Assembly (NCBI GenBank): GCA_963667885.2
Contig: CAXWPK010000006.1
Coordinates: 1,127,445 to 1,191,444 of the forward strand
Source: Bryobacterales bacterium
GTDB lineage: Bacteria; Acidobacteriota; Terriglobia; Bryobacterales; UBA6623
DNA length: 64,000 nt
Reading direction: 5' to 3'
Shown: positions 9,790 through 18,075 of the stretch, piece by piece
How the letters are laid out: every line of letters starts with the position of its first letter
How positions within the stretch are numbered: position 1 is the stretch's first letter
Notes under the pieces: generated by a model
Told to the model about the DNA's origin: nothing
The model's input: only the letters and a program-made list of their open reading frames with translations
Databases searched by the model: none
Translations under genes and position numbers: made by a program

Positions 9790-10656
9790 TTGGACACTGT
9801 CAAGGCCGTGCGCAGCGCGCTCGTCCATCGCGACCACCGAAGCCTTGTTGGTATACCCGCCGTCAGACAGGCACTACGGCGGATAACGTCCGTTGCGCTG
9901 GCGCAGTCGACCCATCAAGGGTGTGCGATCTATTGGCCATCTTGCGGGTCGCTGACGACCTCTAAATCGGCGATCAAGCCGTGCTTCACATTGGCGGTGA
10001 TTTGCACGTCGTAGGCTGGCGTCACACCGCGGTCGTGCATCCACATGAATCTCGCGGACGGGTCGGTCGACGAGGCTCGCGGCTTACGACGCTTGTCGTG
10101 TTTCTTTGCTGCGCGCAACCGCTCGATCTCTTCGAGTGCTTCAGTTAAGCGTTGCTCTTGGTCGCGAGCCCCGCACCGACGCTGCTCGATTGGTCGCTTG
10201 ATCTTCTTGACGCTCCAACGCTCGCAAGTGGCGGCGCACGAGTTTCAGATACGCTTCGGTCTTGCCGCGTCGTCGGAAGCTCTTATTGTTCACATCGGCA
10301 CGGATCTTGGTGCCATCGACCGCCACGCGTTCGAGAGTGATCAGACCCTTCATCATCAGCATCGCGAGCACTTGTTCGAACAACTCCTGCAATGCTTCTC
10401 CGTGCCCGACGTGGAAGTCCGAGAGCGTGTGATGGTTGATCGGGCGCAGACCGGCTAGCCATTCGAGACCCGGCTCGTACTCCATCTGACGCGCGATCTT
10501 GCGCGCCGATTGCAGGCCTTTGGTGTAGGCGTAGAGCCGGACCGAAACCAGTAGATGCGGCGAGTGCGCACTGCGTCTCACCTGCCCCTCGAGCGTTCGC
10601 AGAACTTGTTGGCTGCGGTTGGTTGGGATGTAGCGAGCGGCAGGGCGATCCGACAT
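9790..10656 (-). pseudogene. IS1182-like (DUF772-type) transposase remnant, frameshifted, with an in-frame stop and 3'-truncated
   Basis: The N-terminal part (10141-10656) looks like the DUF772 transposase domain. A frame change near 10190 continues as ..EQRLTEALEEIERLRAAKKH..STDPSARFMWM..TPAYDVQI. After the stop at 9930 a third frame reads ..CLSDGGYTNKAS.. (DDE ADxGY-like). The 3' boundary is uncertain. Confidence 0.65.
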
Positions 10657-10700
10657 GTCTTATAAGTGCCAAGTAATTGGTGTAATAGAGTACTGGAGGG

Positions 10701-10848
10701 CTATTTGTCCACAGCTTCCTGCTTCACAAACACGAACTCATTGCAGCCCAGATCGCCAGCTTGCGTGGCCATCTCCACAAGGTGAAACCCCTTGTCTCTG
10801 AAAAAGTGAAATATTTCATCCGGCTTCGCAACTTCGAATGGGTACCCT
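10701..10848 (-). pseudogene. class I SAM-dependent methyltransferase, 3' fragment (49 codons) split by an IS
   Basis: Encodes ..YPFEVAKPDEIFHFFRDKGFHLVEMATQAGDLGCNEFVFVKQ. It joins 12167-12880 in frame (..HDVVDWVGG|YPFEVAK..) after removing the IS and one copy of the 4-bp duplication. Confidence 0.8.
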
Positions 10849-12166
10849 TGAACGACCGGTCTGATAGGTAACACTCTAAACCGGACGGATGGGTAACAGT
10901 ATAGGCGGTGGTCAGTGGCCCCCGCGGGGGCCACTGACTGCCTAGCCGAGCGGCCACAGTACGCGGTTGGCGGCGTCGAACAAGGCGAGTTCCACCGGAC
11001 CGAACCAGATCTGCCAAATGGCTTCGTCCACTTCGACTAGCCCGACCAACTCGCGAGCCAACGCTTCACTCAGGAAGTACTTCTCGCCGAGGAACTTGAT
11101 GCGTCCGTCGTGGCGCACTCGTCGGCGCTCCCAGTGCCCCGGGTAATCCAGATCAGCAAGCTCGCTGGGATAGGCGCGTGTTGCTGGTGCATAGAACGCC
11201 GCCGGGGGCCGCTGTCTCAACGCTTCATGCGGACGTTCTTGGTTGTATTCATGACGAAAGAGGTCGAAGCGGCGCTGCTGTCGGCGACGATCGCCAGCCG
11301 GAGGTCTCACTGTCTCGGCTTTGAGCGTGCGGTGTAGCCGCTCGTGGCGACCGTTCTGCTGCGGCTTGCCCGGCTCGATGCGCTCCACCGCAATGCCCAG
11401 CTTCAGCCACCAGACGTTCAACCGGCTCAAGCGTCCGGTGCCGATGGAGGCGAACGGCGAACCGTTGTCTGAGCGTATCCTTCGTGGCAGCCCGCGCTCC
11501 AGAAACAACCGCTCCAAGCCTCGGCGGGCCTCGGCGTAGGATGTGCCCACGTGTGCGGTGCAGTTGAGCAGGAAACGACTATATCCGTCGACGACCGTTA
11601 GCGGATAACACAGCACGCCGTCGCCGGTGTGAAACTGCCCCTTGTAGTCGATCGTCCAGAGGTCGTTGGGCGCTTCGGGTTCGCGCAACGGACTGGGTGC
11701 CGCTTCGGCCAGTCGCCGCATCCGCTTGCGCCCGCGAACGAGTCCGGCTCGCTTCAGCGCGTCGCCGATCGTCGACGCCGCTGGCCAGCTTGTCTGTGAC
11801 TCTTTCGACTCCAGCCAGGCCCTGAGCTTCTTCGGCCCCCAACTCGGATGCTGCCGACGCGCTTCTATCACTCGTCGCTCGACCGACTCGGGTATCCGAC
11901 CGGGCTGACGGTGTGCCGCGTGCGAGCGGTCTTCCAGCTCTGGCCAACCGCCTTGACGGAAGCGTTCTAACCACTTGTATCCGGTCCTGCGGCTGATCCC
12001 GTAGAGTCGACACAGCGCCGCCACGTTCGTCGCCGCCCCCGCTCGCAGCCAGTCTTCAATGAATCTCTTGCGTTCTTCCATCGGATAGGTCTCCTTCCAT
12101 GGCATCTCGCCATGGTGTTACCTATCCGCCCGGTCTAACCTGTTACCCTTCCGCCCGGTCTGTACA
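10849..12166 (-). mobile_element. IS481-like insertion sequence, copy 2 (1318 bp), inserted in the methyltransferase gene
   Basis: The ends match copy 1 and it is flanked by the CCCT/CCCT direct repeat (10845-10848 and 12167-12170). I found two substitutions relative to copy 1, at 10943 and 11630. Confidence 0.9.
10942..12105 (-). CDS. IS481-family transposase, variant allele (premature TAG removes the last 10 aa; one R-to-H change)
   Basis: 387 aa versus 397 aa in the other copies. A G-to-T change at 10943 creates TAG. A C-to-T change at 11630 turns GQFRTGDG into GQFHTGDG. Confidence 0.85.
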   Translation of the reverse strand: MPWKETYPMEERKRFIEDWLRAGAATNVAALCRLYGISRRTGYKWLERFRQGGWPELEDRSHAAHRQPGRIPESVERRVIEARRQHPSWGPKKLRAWLESKESQTSWPAASTIGDALKRAGLVRGRKRMRRLAEAAPSPLREPEAPNDLWTIDYKGQFHTGDGVLCYPLTVVDGYSRFLLNCTAHVGTSYAEARRGLERLFLERGLPRRIRSDNGSPFASIGTGRLSRLNVWWLKLGIAVERIEPGKPQQNGRHERLHRTLKAETVRPPAGDRRRQQRRFDLFRHEYNQERPHEALRQRPPAAFYAPATRAYPSELADLDYPGHWERRRVRHDGRIKFLGEKYFLSEALARELVGLVEVDEAIWQIWFGPVELALFDAANRVLWPLG

Positions 12167-12880
12167 CCCTCCAACCCAATCGACCACGTCGTGCCAAGGA
12201 GACATCCCGCGGTTAAGTTCATGTCGCCATGTTCGCAGCGGCTTCAGCGAGATCAGATCCTTCAATAAGCGTCGCCACCAGAGCACCACAAACCCTGGCC
12301 ACAACACGAGAAATCGAAGCGAAGGCGGCAGCCTGTTATAGGCCACCTTGACCCTGGTCCAACGACGGCTGGGTTTGCCCTGGTCGTTGTATATTGCTAT
12401 AAACAGCAGCCCGCCATCTTCCACCGCGATAGAGACGTTTTCCAACGCAGCCCACATAGCACCCGTGTGGTGAAGAACGCCCCACGAATAAACAACGCCG
12501 AAACGTCCTAATTTCTCGATGTAGGGACGGTCAAGGACGGAACCCTGCTCCACTATCCACTGACTGTCATCACCGAAATATCGAGACCGGAGTTCCCGGG
12601 TGCATGCAAACGACTCCGAATCATAGTCGAAAGAATGCACCTCGGCTCCAAGTCGCCTAGCCGCCAAACTAAAAAGTCCGCTGCCGGACCCAACATCTAA
12701 AAAACTCCGGCCTTGTAGGGATGGGAGGCCTAATTTGTTCGTTAGCGACTCTTCCGCACGGAGAATCGATTTCTCGTCGACTGTCTCAAGAAACCGCTGC
12801 CAATTCTTTCCAAATTCGAACCGATCGCCAGCGGCAATCTCCGCCCGATGGCGAGCGGATGTGGTGTCTTCAGAGTTCAT
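12167..12880 (-). pseudogene. class I SAM-dependent methyltransferase, 5' fragment (238 codons)
   Basis: Starts MNSEDTT at the ATG at 12880 and has SAM motif I FLDVGSGSGLFS. The track ORF extension to 13564 overlaps psd on the opposite strand and is not credible. Confidence 0.8.
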
Positions 12881-13234
12881 AAGAGATTCGAACCGGCTGG
12901 ACCGGCAAAGTGGAAATCCCACCAAGTCTATACCACGACCAGACGCGACTGTGACCCCACCCAGAAGCTGTGAAGCGATAGCTTTTCTAGCTACTGCGAA
13001 GAGACGAACAGCGTTTTGCTGTCGGGACGAGGAATCGGGCAGCGGCGTCGAGATCGTTTCGCTACGGCGCCACACCCCATCGGAGCCGCGACCGTGAGAG
13101 GGGGCTTCGCGGCTCGGTTGGTGGGGACTGTCGGCGTCCGCGATGTAGGTTGGCGAGCCGAAGGGCCACACCCCACGTAGACGGGCCAGGCCCAGCGCCG
13201 CGGGATATAATGGGGGCTCGTTCTCTCTCCCCTT

Positions 13235-13873
13235 ATGGTTAAAGACGGGATCTACTACGGCATCGGGTTCACGGCTGCCGGACTTCTGATTGGTTTGGTG
13301 TTTGGTTGGCTCTGGGCGGTGCCGCTGTTTGTGCTGGCGGTGTTCTGCGCTAACTTTTTCCGCGATCCGGATCGGGAAGACCCCGGAGGAGACGTGGTTG
13401 TGTCTCCCGCAGACGGCAAGGTGGTTCATATCCGTCCGCTGCCTGATGGCGGCTCGCGGGTCAGCATCTTCTTGAACATCTTCAACGTGCATGTGAATCG
13501 CGTGCCGGTGGCTGGGGTGCTGCGCTCGGTGGAGTACAAGAAGGGCCGGTTTGTGATGGCTCACCGCGAGACGGCTTCAGACGAGAACGAGCAGAACGTC
13601 TTGGTGATTGATCCGGACTACGCACGCGGTGGTGAGGTGGTCATCCGGCAGATCGCTGGGCTCGTGGCCCGTCGGATTGTGTGCTACAAGAAGACCGGCG
13701 ATCACGTTGCCAGGGGAGAGCGCTTCGGAATGATGAAGTTTAGCTCGCGCCTGGATGTGATTCTGGGGCCGCAGTGGCAGTTGGCTGTGAAGGAAGGCGA
13801 GCATGTGTCCGGAGGTAGTTCCGTCTTGGCAGAGCTGAGTTCAGAAGTCACGGGTGCAGCCAATGATGGGTAA
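13235..13873 (+). CDS. psd: phosphatidylserine decarboxylase proenzyme (short Asd-type)
   Basis: 212 aa with N-terminal TM helices. Contains FFRDPDR..SPADGKV, LNIFNVHVNR and GERFGMMKFSSRLD (self-cleavage region). Confidence 0.85.
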   Translation: MVKDGIYYGIGFTAAGLLIGLVFGWLWAVPLFVLAVFCANFFRDPDREDPGGDVVVSPADGKVVHIRPLPDGGSRVSIFLNIFNVHVNRVPVAGVLRSVEYKKGRFVMAHRETASDENEQNVLVIDPDYARGGEVVIRQIAGLVARRIVCYKKTGDHVARGERFGMMKFSSRLDVILGPQWQLAVKEGEHVSGGSSVLAELSSEVTGAANDG

Positions 13874-14726
13874 GGCGTTGCAGAGAGACCGGCCGCCCTA
13901 CGCGCTGCCGACGATTTTCACGGTCGGGACGATCTTCTGCGGCTATTACTGTCTGATGAAGACGGTGCAGGCGATCTCGCTGCCACCGGAATCGGTTGAA
14001 CTCGCCGCGCACTTCTACAACCAAGCAGCGATGGCGATTGGTATTGCGGTGTTCACCGACGGCATGGACGGCCGCATAGCGAGAGCTACCGGCGCGACGA
14101 GCGACTTCGGTAAGGAGATCGATTCTCTAGCCGATTGCATTACGTTTGGCGCCGCCCCGGCGACGTTGGCGTTTGCGTGGGGCATTCGGTCCCCGGAGCT
14201 GCTGCCGGACCTGTGGTTGGCGGAGTTCTTTCCCTCGCTGGGCTATTTCGCGACGTTCCTCTTCCTGACGTGCGGTGCGGCTCGATTGGCACGGTTTAAC
14301 GTCCAGAAGGATCCGAAACCGAAGAATCCAGGCGCTCCGGGCAAACGCTACTTCGTTGGTCTACCGATTCCTGCTGCCGCGGGAATGTTGGCGGCGGTGA
14401 TCCATGCACGCGGTGGCGTACCGATTGAGAGTTGGTGGCCGAGCGGCGTACTGTGGCTCGGATTGGTCGGCTTCCTGTCGTTCTTGATGGTGTCGAACTG
14501 GCGGTACTCCAGTTTCAAAGACATCAACTTCATGCGGAGTCCGTGGCTGGGTGTGGTCTTCTTCGCAACGATCATATATCTGATTTGGAATTTCTCGCAA
14601 CCGGTGTTGCTGACGATAGCGACAGTATTTGTGGTGAGCGGGGTGTGGTCGAGGTTGGTGTGGTTGTTCAAGCGCAACAAGGGCGAGCAGTCCCCAGACA
14701 GTACCGAGGCTGAGTCAACGACGTGA
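13854..14726 (+). CDS. pssA: CDP-diacylglycerol--serine O-phosphatidyltransferase (CDP-alcohol phosphatidyltransferase family)
   Basis: Has the motif DGMDGRIARATGATSDFGKEIDSLADCITFG (D-G-x2-A-R...G-x3-D-x3-D). It is a multi-TM protein. It overlaps the psd stop by 20 nt; an ATG at 13863 is an alternative start. Confidence 0.85.
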   Translation: MQPMMGKALQRDRPPYALPTIFTVGTIFCGYYCLMKTVQAISLPPESVELAAHFYNQAAMAIGIAVFTDGMDGRIARATGATSDFGKEIDSLADCITFGAAPATLAFAWGIRSPELLPDLWLAEFFPSLGYFATFLFLTCGAARLARFNVQKDPKPKNPGAPGKRYFVGLPIPAAAGMLAAVIHARGGVPIESWWPSGVLWLGLVGFLSFLMVSNWRYSSFKDINFMRSPWLGVVFFATIIYLIWNFSQPVLLTIATVFVVSGVWSRLVWLFKRNKGEQSPDSTEAESTT

Positions 14727-15241
14727 GACGGGTATGGGTCGGCGTAGTCGCTGCCTGCCTGATGGGGCTCGGTTGCGGGTACCACGTGGCGGGCCAGGCC
14801 GATACGATTCCCGACGAGATTGGGACGATCGCGATCCCGACGTTCACGAACAGCACGACCGAGTTCAAGATTGAGCAGTACCTAACCGAGGCAGTCACGC
14901 GCGAGTTCATGTCGCGGACCCGCTACAGTATCGTGACGAACGAGAACTACGCTGACGCCACGTTGCGAGGGACGGTACTCGGGTTCTTTGCCTACCCGAC
15001 GAACTACGATCCTCAGACAAATCGCGCGAGCACGATCAATACGACGATCGTACTCTACGTGACTCTGGTGGATCATAAGTCGGGACAGGTGCTATATCAG
15101 AATCCCAATTTGCAGCATCGAGATTTCTATGAGGTTTCGGCTCAGCCGGTCGCTTATATGGAAGAGCGACAAGTTGCTCTGACGAGGTCGAGCGAATCGA
15201 TGGCTCGGACGATTGTCTCTGCTGTGTTGGAAGGTTTTTGA
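14723..15241 (+). CDS. lptE: LPS-assembly lipoprotein LptE-like
   Basis: Has a lipobox GLGC followed by GYHVAG (compare LptE CGFHLRG). It is about 170 aa and lies immediately upstream of holA, the conserved lptE-holA arrangement. Confidence 0.6.
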   Translation: MRRVWVGVVAACLMGLGCGYHVAGQADTIPDEIGTIAIPTFTNSTTEFKIEQYLTEAVTREFMSRTRYSIVTNENYADATLRGTVLGFFAYPTNYDPQTNRASTINTTIVLYVTLVDHKSGQVLYQNPNLQHRDFYEVSAQPVAYMEERQVALTRSSESMARTIVSAVLEGF

Positions 15242-16287
15242 TGGCGACGAAACCGAAGGCCTTTGTGAAGTCGGTCGAAGGCGGCAAGACTGAGTCGGGC
15301 TACCTGTTTCTGGGGAACGAGATGTTCTTCAAGGATCTTTGTCGTCAGGCTCTGCGGAAAGCTGTGATTGACGATGACCCGGAAGGTCTCGTTGAGATCG
15401 ACTTGAAAAAGGAATCGCTGGCGCGGTTGTGGGATGAAACGCGCAGCTTATCGCTGTTCGCGACCTCGCGACTGGTCATCGGCGTCAATGCGGAAGCGGC
15501 TTTACCGCGTGGGCGTTCGAAGGCTGCTGATGAAGCACGAGAAGAAATCGCGCAGTACTTCGCGAACCCGACCCCAGGAGTGGTGGTTGTGTTTGAATGT
15601 ACCCGGTTTGATGCGCGTGAGCGCGACGACAAGGCGAAGTCGGAACGGGTGGCGAAATTCTACGACGCGGTACCCGTTACGGTTGAAATGGGTCGACTGG
15701 GGCCGCAAGATTCGCTCCGAGCGTGCCATGCACTGGCGAAGCGCAAGGGTCTGCAGGTTGAGACCGAAGTGCTTGCCGAGCTGACCGACATGATGGGTGG
15801 AGACTTAGCTCGCCTGGACAGCGAGCTCGAGAAGCTCTCTCTCTACGCGGGTAAGGCTGGAGTGATCACGCGCGCTGATATCGAGTTATTGACGCCCGAG
15901 GCGAGACAGAGCGGTGTGTTTGAGTTGTCGGATGCGCTGGCCCGCAAGGATCGCGGCCGAGCACTCGAGATTGTTCACACGCTGGCGTCGGGCGGCGCGT
16001 ACTGGCCAATGCAGATCGCGTTGTTGGCTGGCTTGTTCAGACAAGCCCTGGCGGTCCGAGAACTCCAGGCGAGAGATTCGCGGCAGGTGGTCGCGGCGCT
16101 GGGCCGTTACGGAGTGAGGATTTGGCCGAGTCGGGCACAGCAGCTACTTGGCGTCGCGAGGCAGTTTTCTAAGCGGGAGCTTGAGCGAGCGTTGACATGT
16201 TTCTTTGAGGCCGACCGGGATTTGCGCAGCCCGCGTCCAGATGATCGCTTCATCATGGAGCAACTGATCGTGGAGCTGACGGCTTAG
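15238..16287 (+). CDS. holA: DNA polymerase III subunit delta
   Basis: 349 aa. The N-terminus is YLFLGNEMFFKD, and the overall helical delta-like organisation fits. It is coupled to lptE by an ATGA overlap. Confidence 0.75.
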   Translation: MMATKPKAFVKSVEGGKTESGYLFLGNEMFFKDLCRQALRKAVIDDDPEGLVEIDLKKESLARLWDETRSLSLFATSRLVIGVNAEAALPRGRSKAADEAREEIAQYFANPTPGVVVVFECTRFDARERDDKAKSERVAKFYDAVPVTVEMGRLGPQDSLRACHALAKRKGLQVETEVLAELTDMMGGDLARLDSELEKLSLYAGKAGVITRADIELLTPEARQSGVFELSDALARKDRGRALEIVHTLASGGAYWPMQIALLAGLFRQALAVRELQARDSRQVVAALGRYGVRIWPSRAQQLLGVARQFSKRELERALTCFFEADRDLRSPRPDDRFIMEQLIVELTA

Positions 16288-16299
16288 CTGGAAAAGCAG

Positions 16300-16324
16300 A
16301 AGCCGCGCTCAGAGAGCGCGGCTT
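16300..16324. terminator. bidirectional intrinsic terminator between holA and rpsT
   Basis: AAGCCGCGCTC-AGA-GAGCGCGGCTT is a perfect 11-bp stem. It is followed by TTGTTGATT on the plus strand. Confidence 0.7.
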
Positions 16325-16351
16325 TGTTGATTCGGCAACGAGCTGCGACGC

Positions 16352-16627
16352 TTAGGCGGCAACCGGTTTGAGCTTGTTGGCGCGAACGGTCAAGCGCGAC
16401 TTGAGACGATCGGCGCGACCTTTCTTAATGAGCCCTTTTTGTACGGCTTTATCGAGGACACTCACGGTGGCTGCAACTAGCCCGGAGATTTCGGCGTAAT
16501 CGCCGCCTTCGACCGCAGTCTCAAACTTCTTCAGCTGAGTACGCATTTTGCCGCGGTTGTCCCGATTGACCTCTGAGCGTCGCTCGGTCTGACGGATGCG
16601 TTTGATCGCTGATTTGTGATTCGCCAT
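16352..16627 (-). CDS. rpsT: 30S ribosomal protein S20
   Basis: Begins MANHKSAIKRIRQTERR.. The 91 aa product starts at the ATG at 16627. The track ORF start at 16732 is an extension. Confidence 0.9.
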   Translation of the reverse strand: MANHKSAIKRIRQTERRSEVNRDNRGKMRTQLKKFETAVEGGDYAEISGLVAATVSVLDKAVQKGLIKKGRADRLKSRLTVRANKLKPVAA

Positions 16628-16781
16628 AGCTGCTGTGTTCTCTACGCAAAGAGGGCCCGAAGTGACTCCGGACCCACCCGCAACGATTGATATCGCTCTC
16701 TTGAGAATAGCCTGCGGGTCGGGGTGTGTCAACCGAGCAGCTGGTGTATCAAGGGGCGCATGCTAGCATGCGGCGATTAGG

Positions 16782-17363
16782 ATGACGATGCGAGCGGGCT
16801 ATGTATTGACCGGTGGGCGAAGCTCCCGTTTTGGCGCCAATAAGGCCTTCGCCGATGTGGACGGAAAGCCGATGGTGGTTCACGTGGCGGATCGGGTGCG
16901 CTCGGTCTGCGATAGCGTGACGCTGGTGGGTCCGGCGGAGACCTACGGCTCGCTGGGACTGCGGGTGATCGAAGATAGCGTCGCTGATTTTGGCCCAGTG
17001 GCGGGAATTCTGGCCGCTCTGGAGAATTCCTCGGCACCGTGGAGCCTCATCGTTGCGTGCGACATGCCGAGCGTCCGAATGGACTTCTTGAACCTATTAT
17101 TTCAGCGCGCCGAGTCATCGTCGGTCGATGTTGTGATGCCGCTTGATGGGGAAGGACGCGAGCAGCCGCTGTGTGCGGTCTATAGCCAGCGAGTGGAGGA
17201 GCCGTTGCGGCGGGCAGTGGCGACAGGAATCTCTAAGGTGAGGCGAGCCCTGGAGGGCTCGTCGATCGCATATTTGCCCCGATCTGAGTATGCCGAGATG
17301 GATCCGGCCGGTGACATGCTGCTGAATGTCAATCGTCCAGAGGATCTGGGGAGACGCCGTTGA
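16782..17363 (+). CDS. mobA: molybdenum cofactor guanylyltransferase
   Basis: Contains GYVLTGGRSSRFGANKAF (LAGGxSxRxGxDK-like motif) and ACDMP. Length 193 aa. Confidence 0.8.
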   Translation: MTMRAGYVLTGGRSSRFGANKAFADVDGKPMVVHVADRVRSVCDSVTLVGPAETYGSLGLRVIEDSVADFGPVAGILAALENSSAPWSLIVACDMPSVRMDFLNLLFQRAESSSVDVVMPLDGEGREQPLCAVYSQRVEEPLRRAVATGISKVRRALEGSSIAYLPRSEYAEMDPAGDMLLNVNRPEDLGRRR

Positions 17364-18066
17364 GGCAGGCGGCGATCTGGTCAGCGGTGACGATTCCGGC
17401 CTTGATGAGCTTCCACTCACGCGTCGTGATGTCGACGGTCGTCGCTCCGAGTCCGTCTGCTTCTCCGGCGTCTAGGATTAAGTCGACTCGGCCATCCATG
17501 GTGCCGAAGACTTCGATTCCACTGCGACAGGTGGACTGACCCGAAACGTTCGCACTCGTGGCGATGATGGGCATGTCGAGGCGTTCGATGAGTCGGTTGA
17601 CGATGGCGTGGGAGTCGTGTCGCACGGCGAGGCGTCCGCAGTTGCCGGTGACCTTGAGCGGGAGTAGGCGCGAAGCCTTGGTGATGACGGTCAGCGGTCC
17701 GGGCCAGAAACGGCGAGCCAGTGCGAAAAACCGAGGACTGAGCGGTTGTGACGCATAGTCTTCGACGGTAGTCGTCGAGTCGACGAGTATGGGGAGTGCG
17801 CGATTGAGTTGGCGGCCCTTGGCGCGAAAGACTGCGGCGATTGCGTTGAGATTGAGCGGATCGGCTGCGAGGACGTAGCCGCTGCTGGAGGGGAAAGCCA
17901 CCACGCGGCCAGCTCGAATGGTTGCGGCGGCCTGCTCAATCGCCGAGTCGTCGGTGCCGTCAGGGGAAGTCGCGATAATTTGAGTGTGCAATAGAAAGCC
18001 TGAGATATGCGGGCCGCTTAGCGTCGCCGATCCGATTGTACTCGAATGTCGTGTGGGTGTCGCCAT
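17329..18066 (-). CDS. tsaC: L-threonylcarbamoyladenylate synthase (YrdC/Sua5 family)
   Basis: YrdC-domain motifs are present: AFPSSSGYVLAADPLN, FWPGPLTVI and IIATSANVSG. The true start may be downstream of 18066. Confidence 0.75.
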   Translation of the reverse strand: MATPTRHSSTIGSATLSGPHISGFLLHTQIIATSPDGTDDSAIEQAAATIRAGRVVAFPSSSGYVLAADPLNLNAIAAVFRAKGRQLNRALPILVDSTTTVEDYASQPLSPRFFALARRFWPGPLTVITKASRLLPLKVTGNCGRLAVRHDSHAIVNRLIERLDMPIIATSANVSGQSTCRSGIEVFGTMDGRVDLILDAGEADGLGATTVDITTREWKLIKAGIVTADQIAACLNGVSPDPLDD

Positions 18067-18075
18067 TGACCGATT

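Noticed and set aside
7887-12166. Possibility that the two IS copies and the DNA between them moved here as one composite transposon.
   Set aside because: Each copy has its own matching flanking duplication (AGT/AGT and CCCT/CCCT). Each insertion can be excised conceptually to restore a different gene. They are therefore independent insertions, not a unit transposition.
12881-12950. tRNA-like signal: the minus strand contains GGTTCGAATC (a T-loop-like 10-mer) immediately upstream of the methyltransferase start, preceded by short hairpins.
   Set aside because: The putative T-stem does not pair (GCCGG versus CTCTT). The only candidate anticodon hairpin has a 5-nt loop or lacks U33, and no acceptor stem can be formed. 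A single 10-mer match is expected by chance at appreciable frequency in 128 kb of two-strand sequence.
12881-13564. The 473-aa track ORF (12143-13564, minus) suggests a much longer methyltransferase.
   Set aside because: The upstream 228 codons have no methyltransferase features. They overlap the well-supported psd gene on the opposite strand, and the 3' end is IS sequence. The real gene starts at the ATG at 12880.
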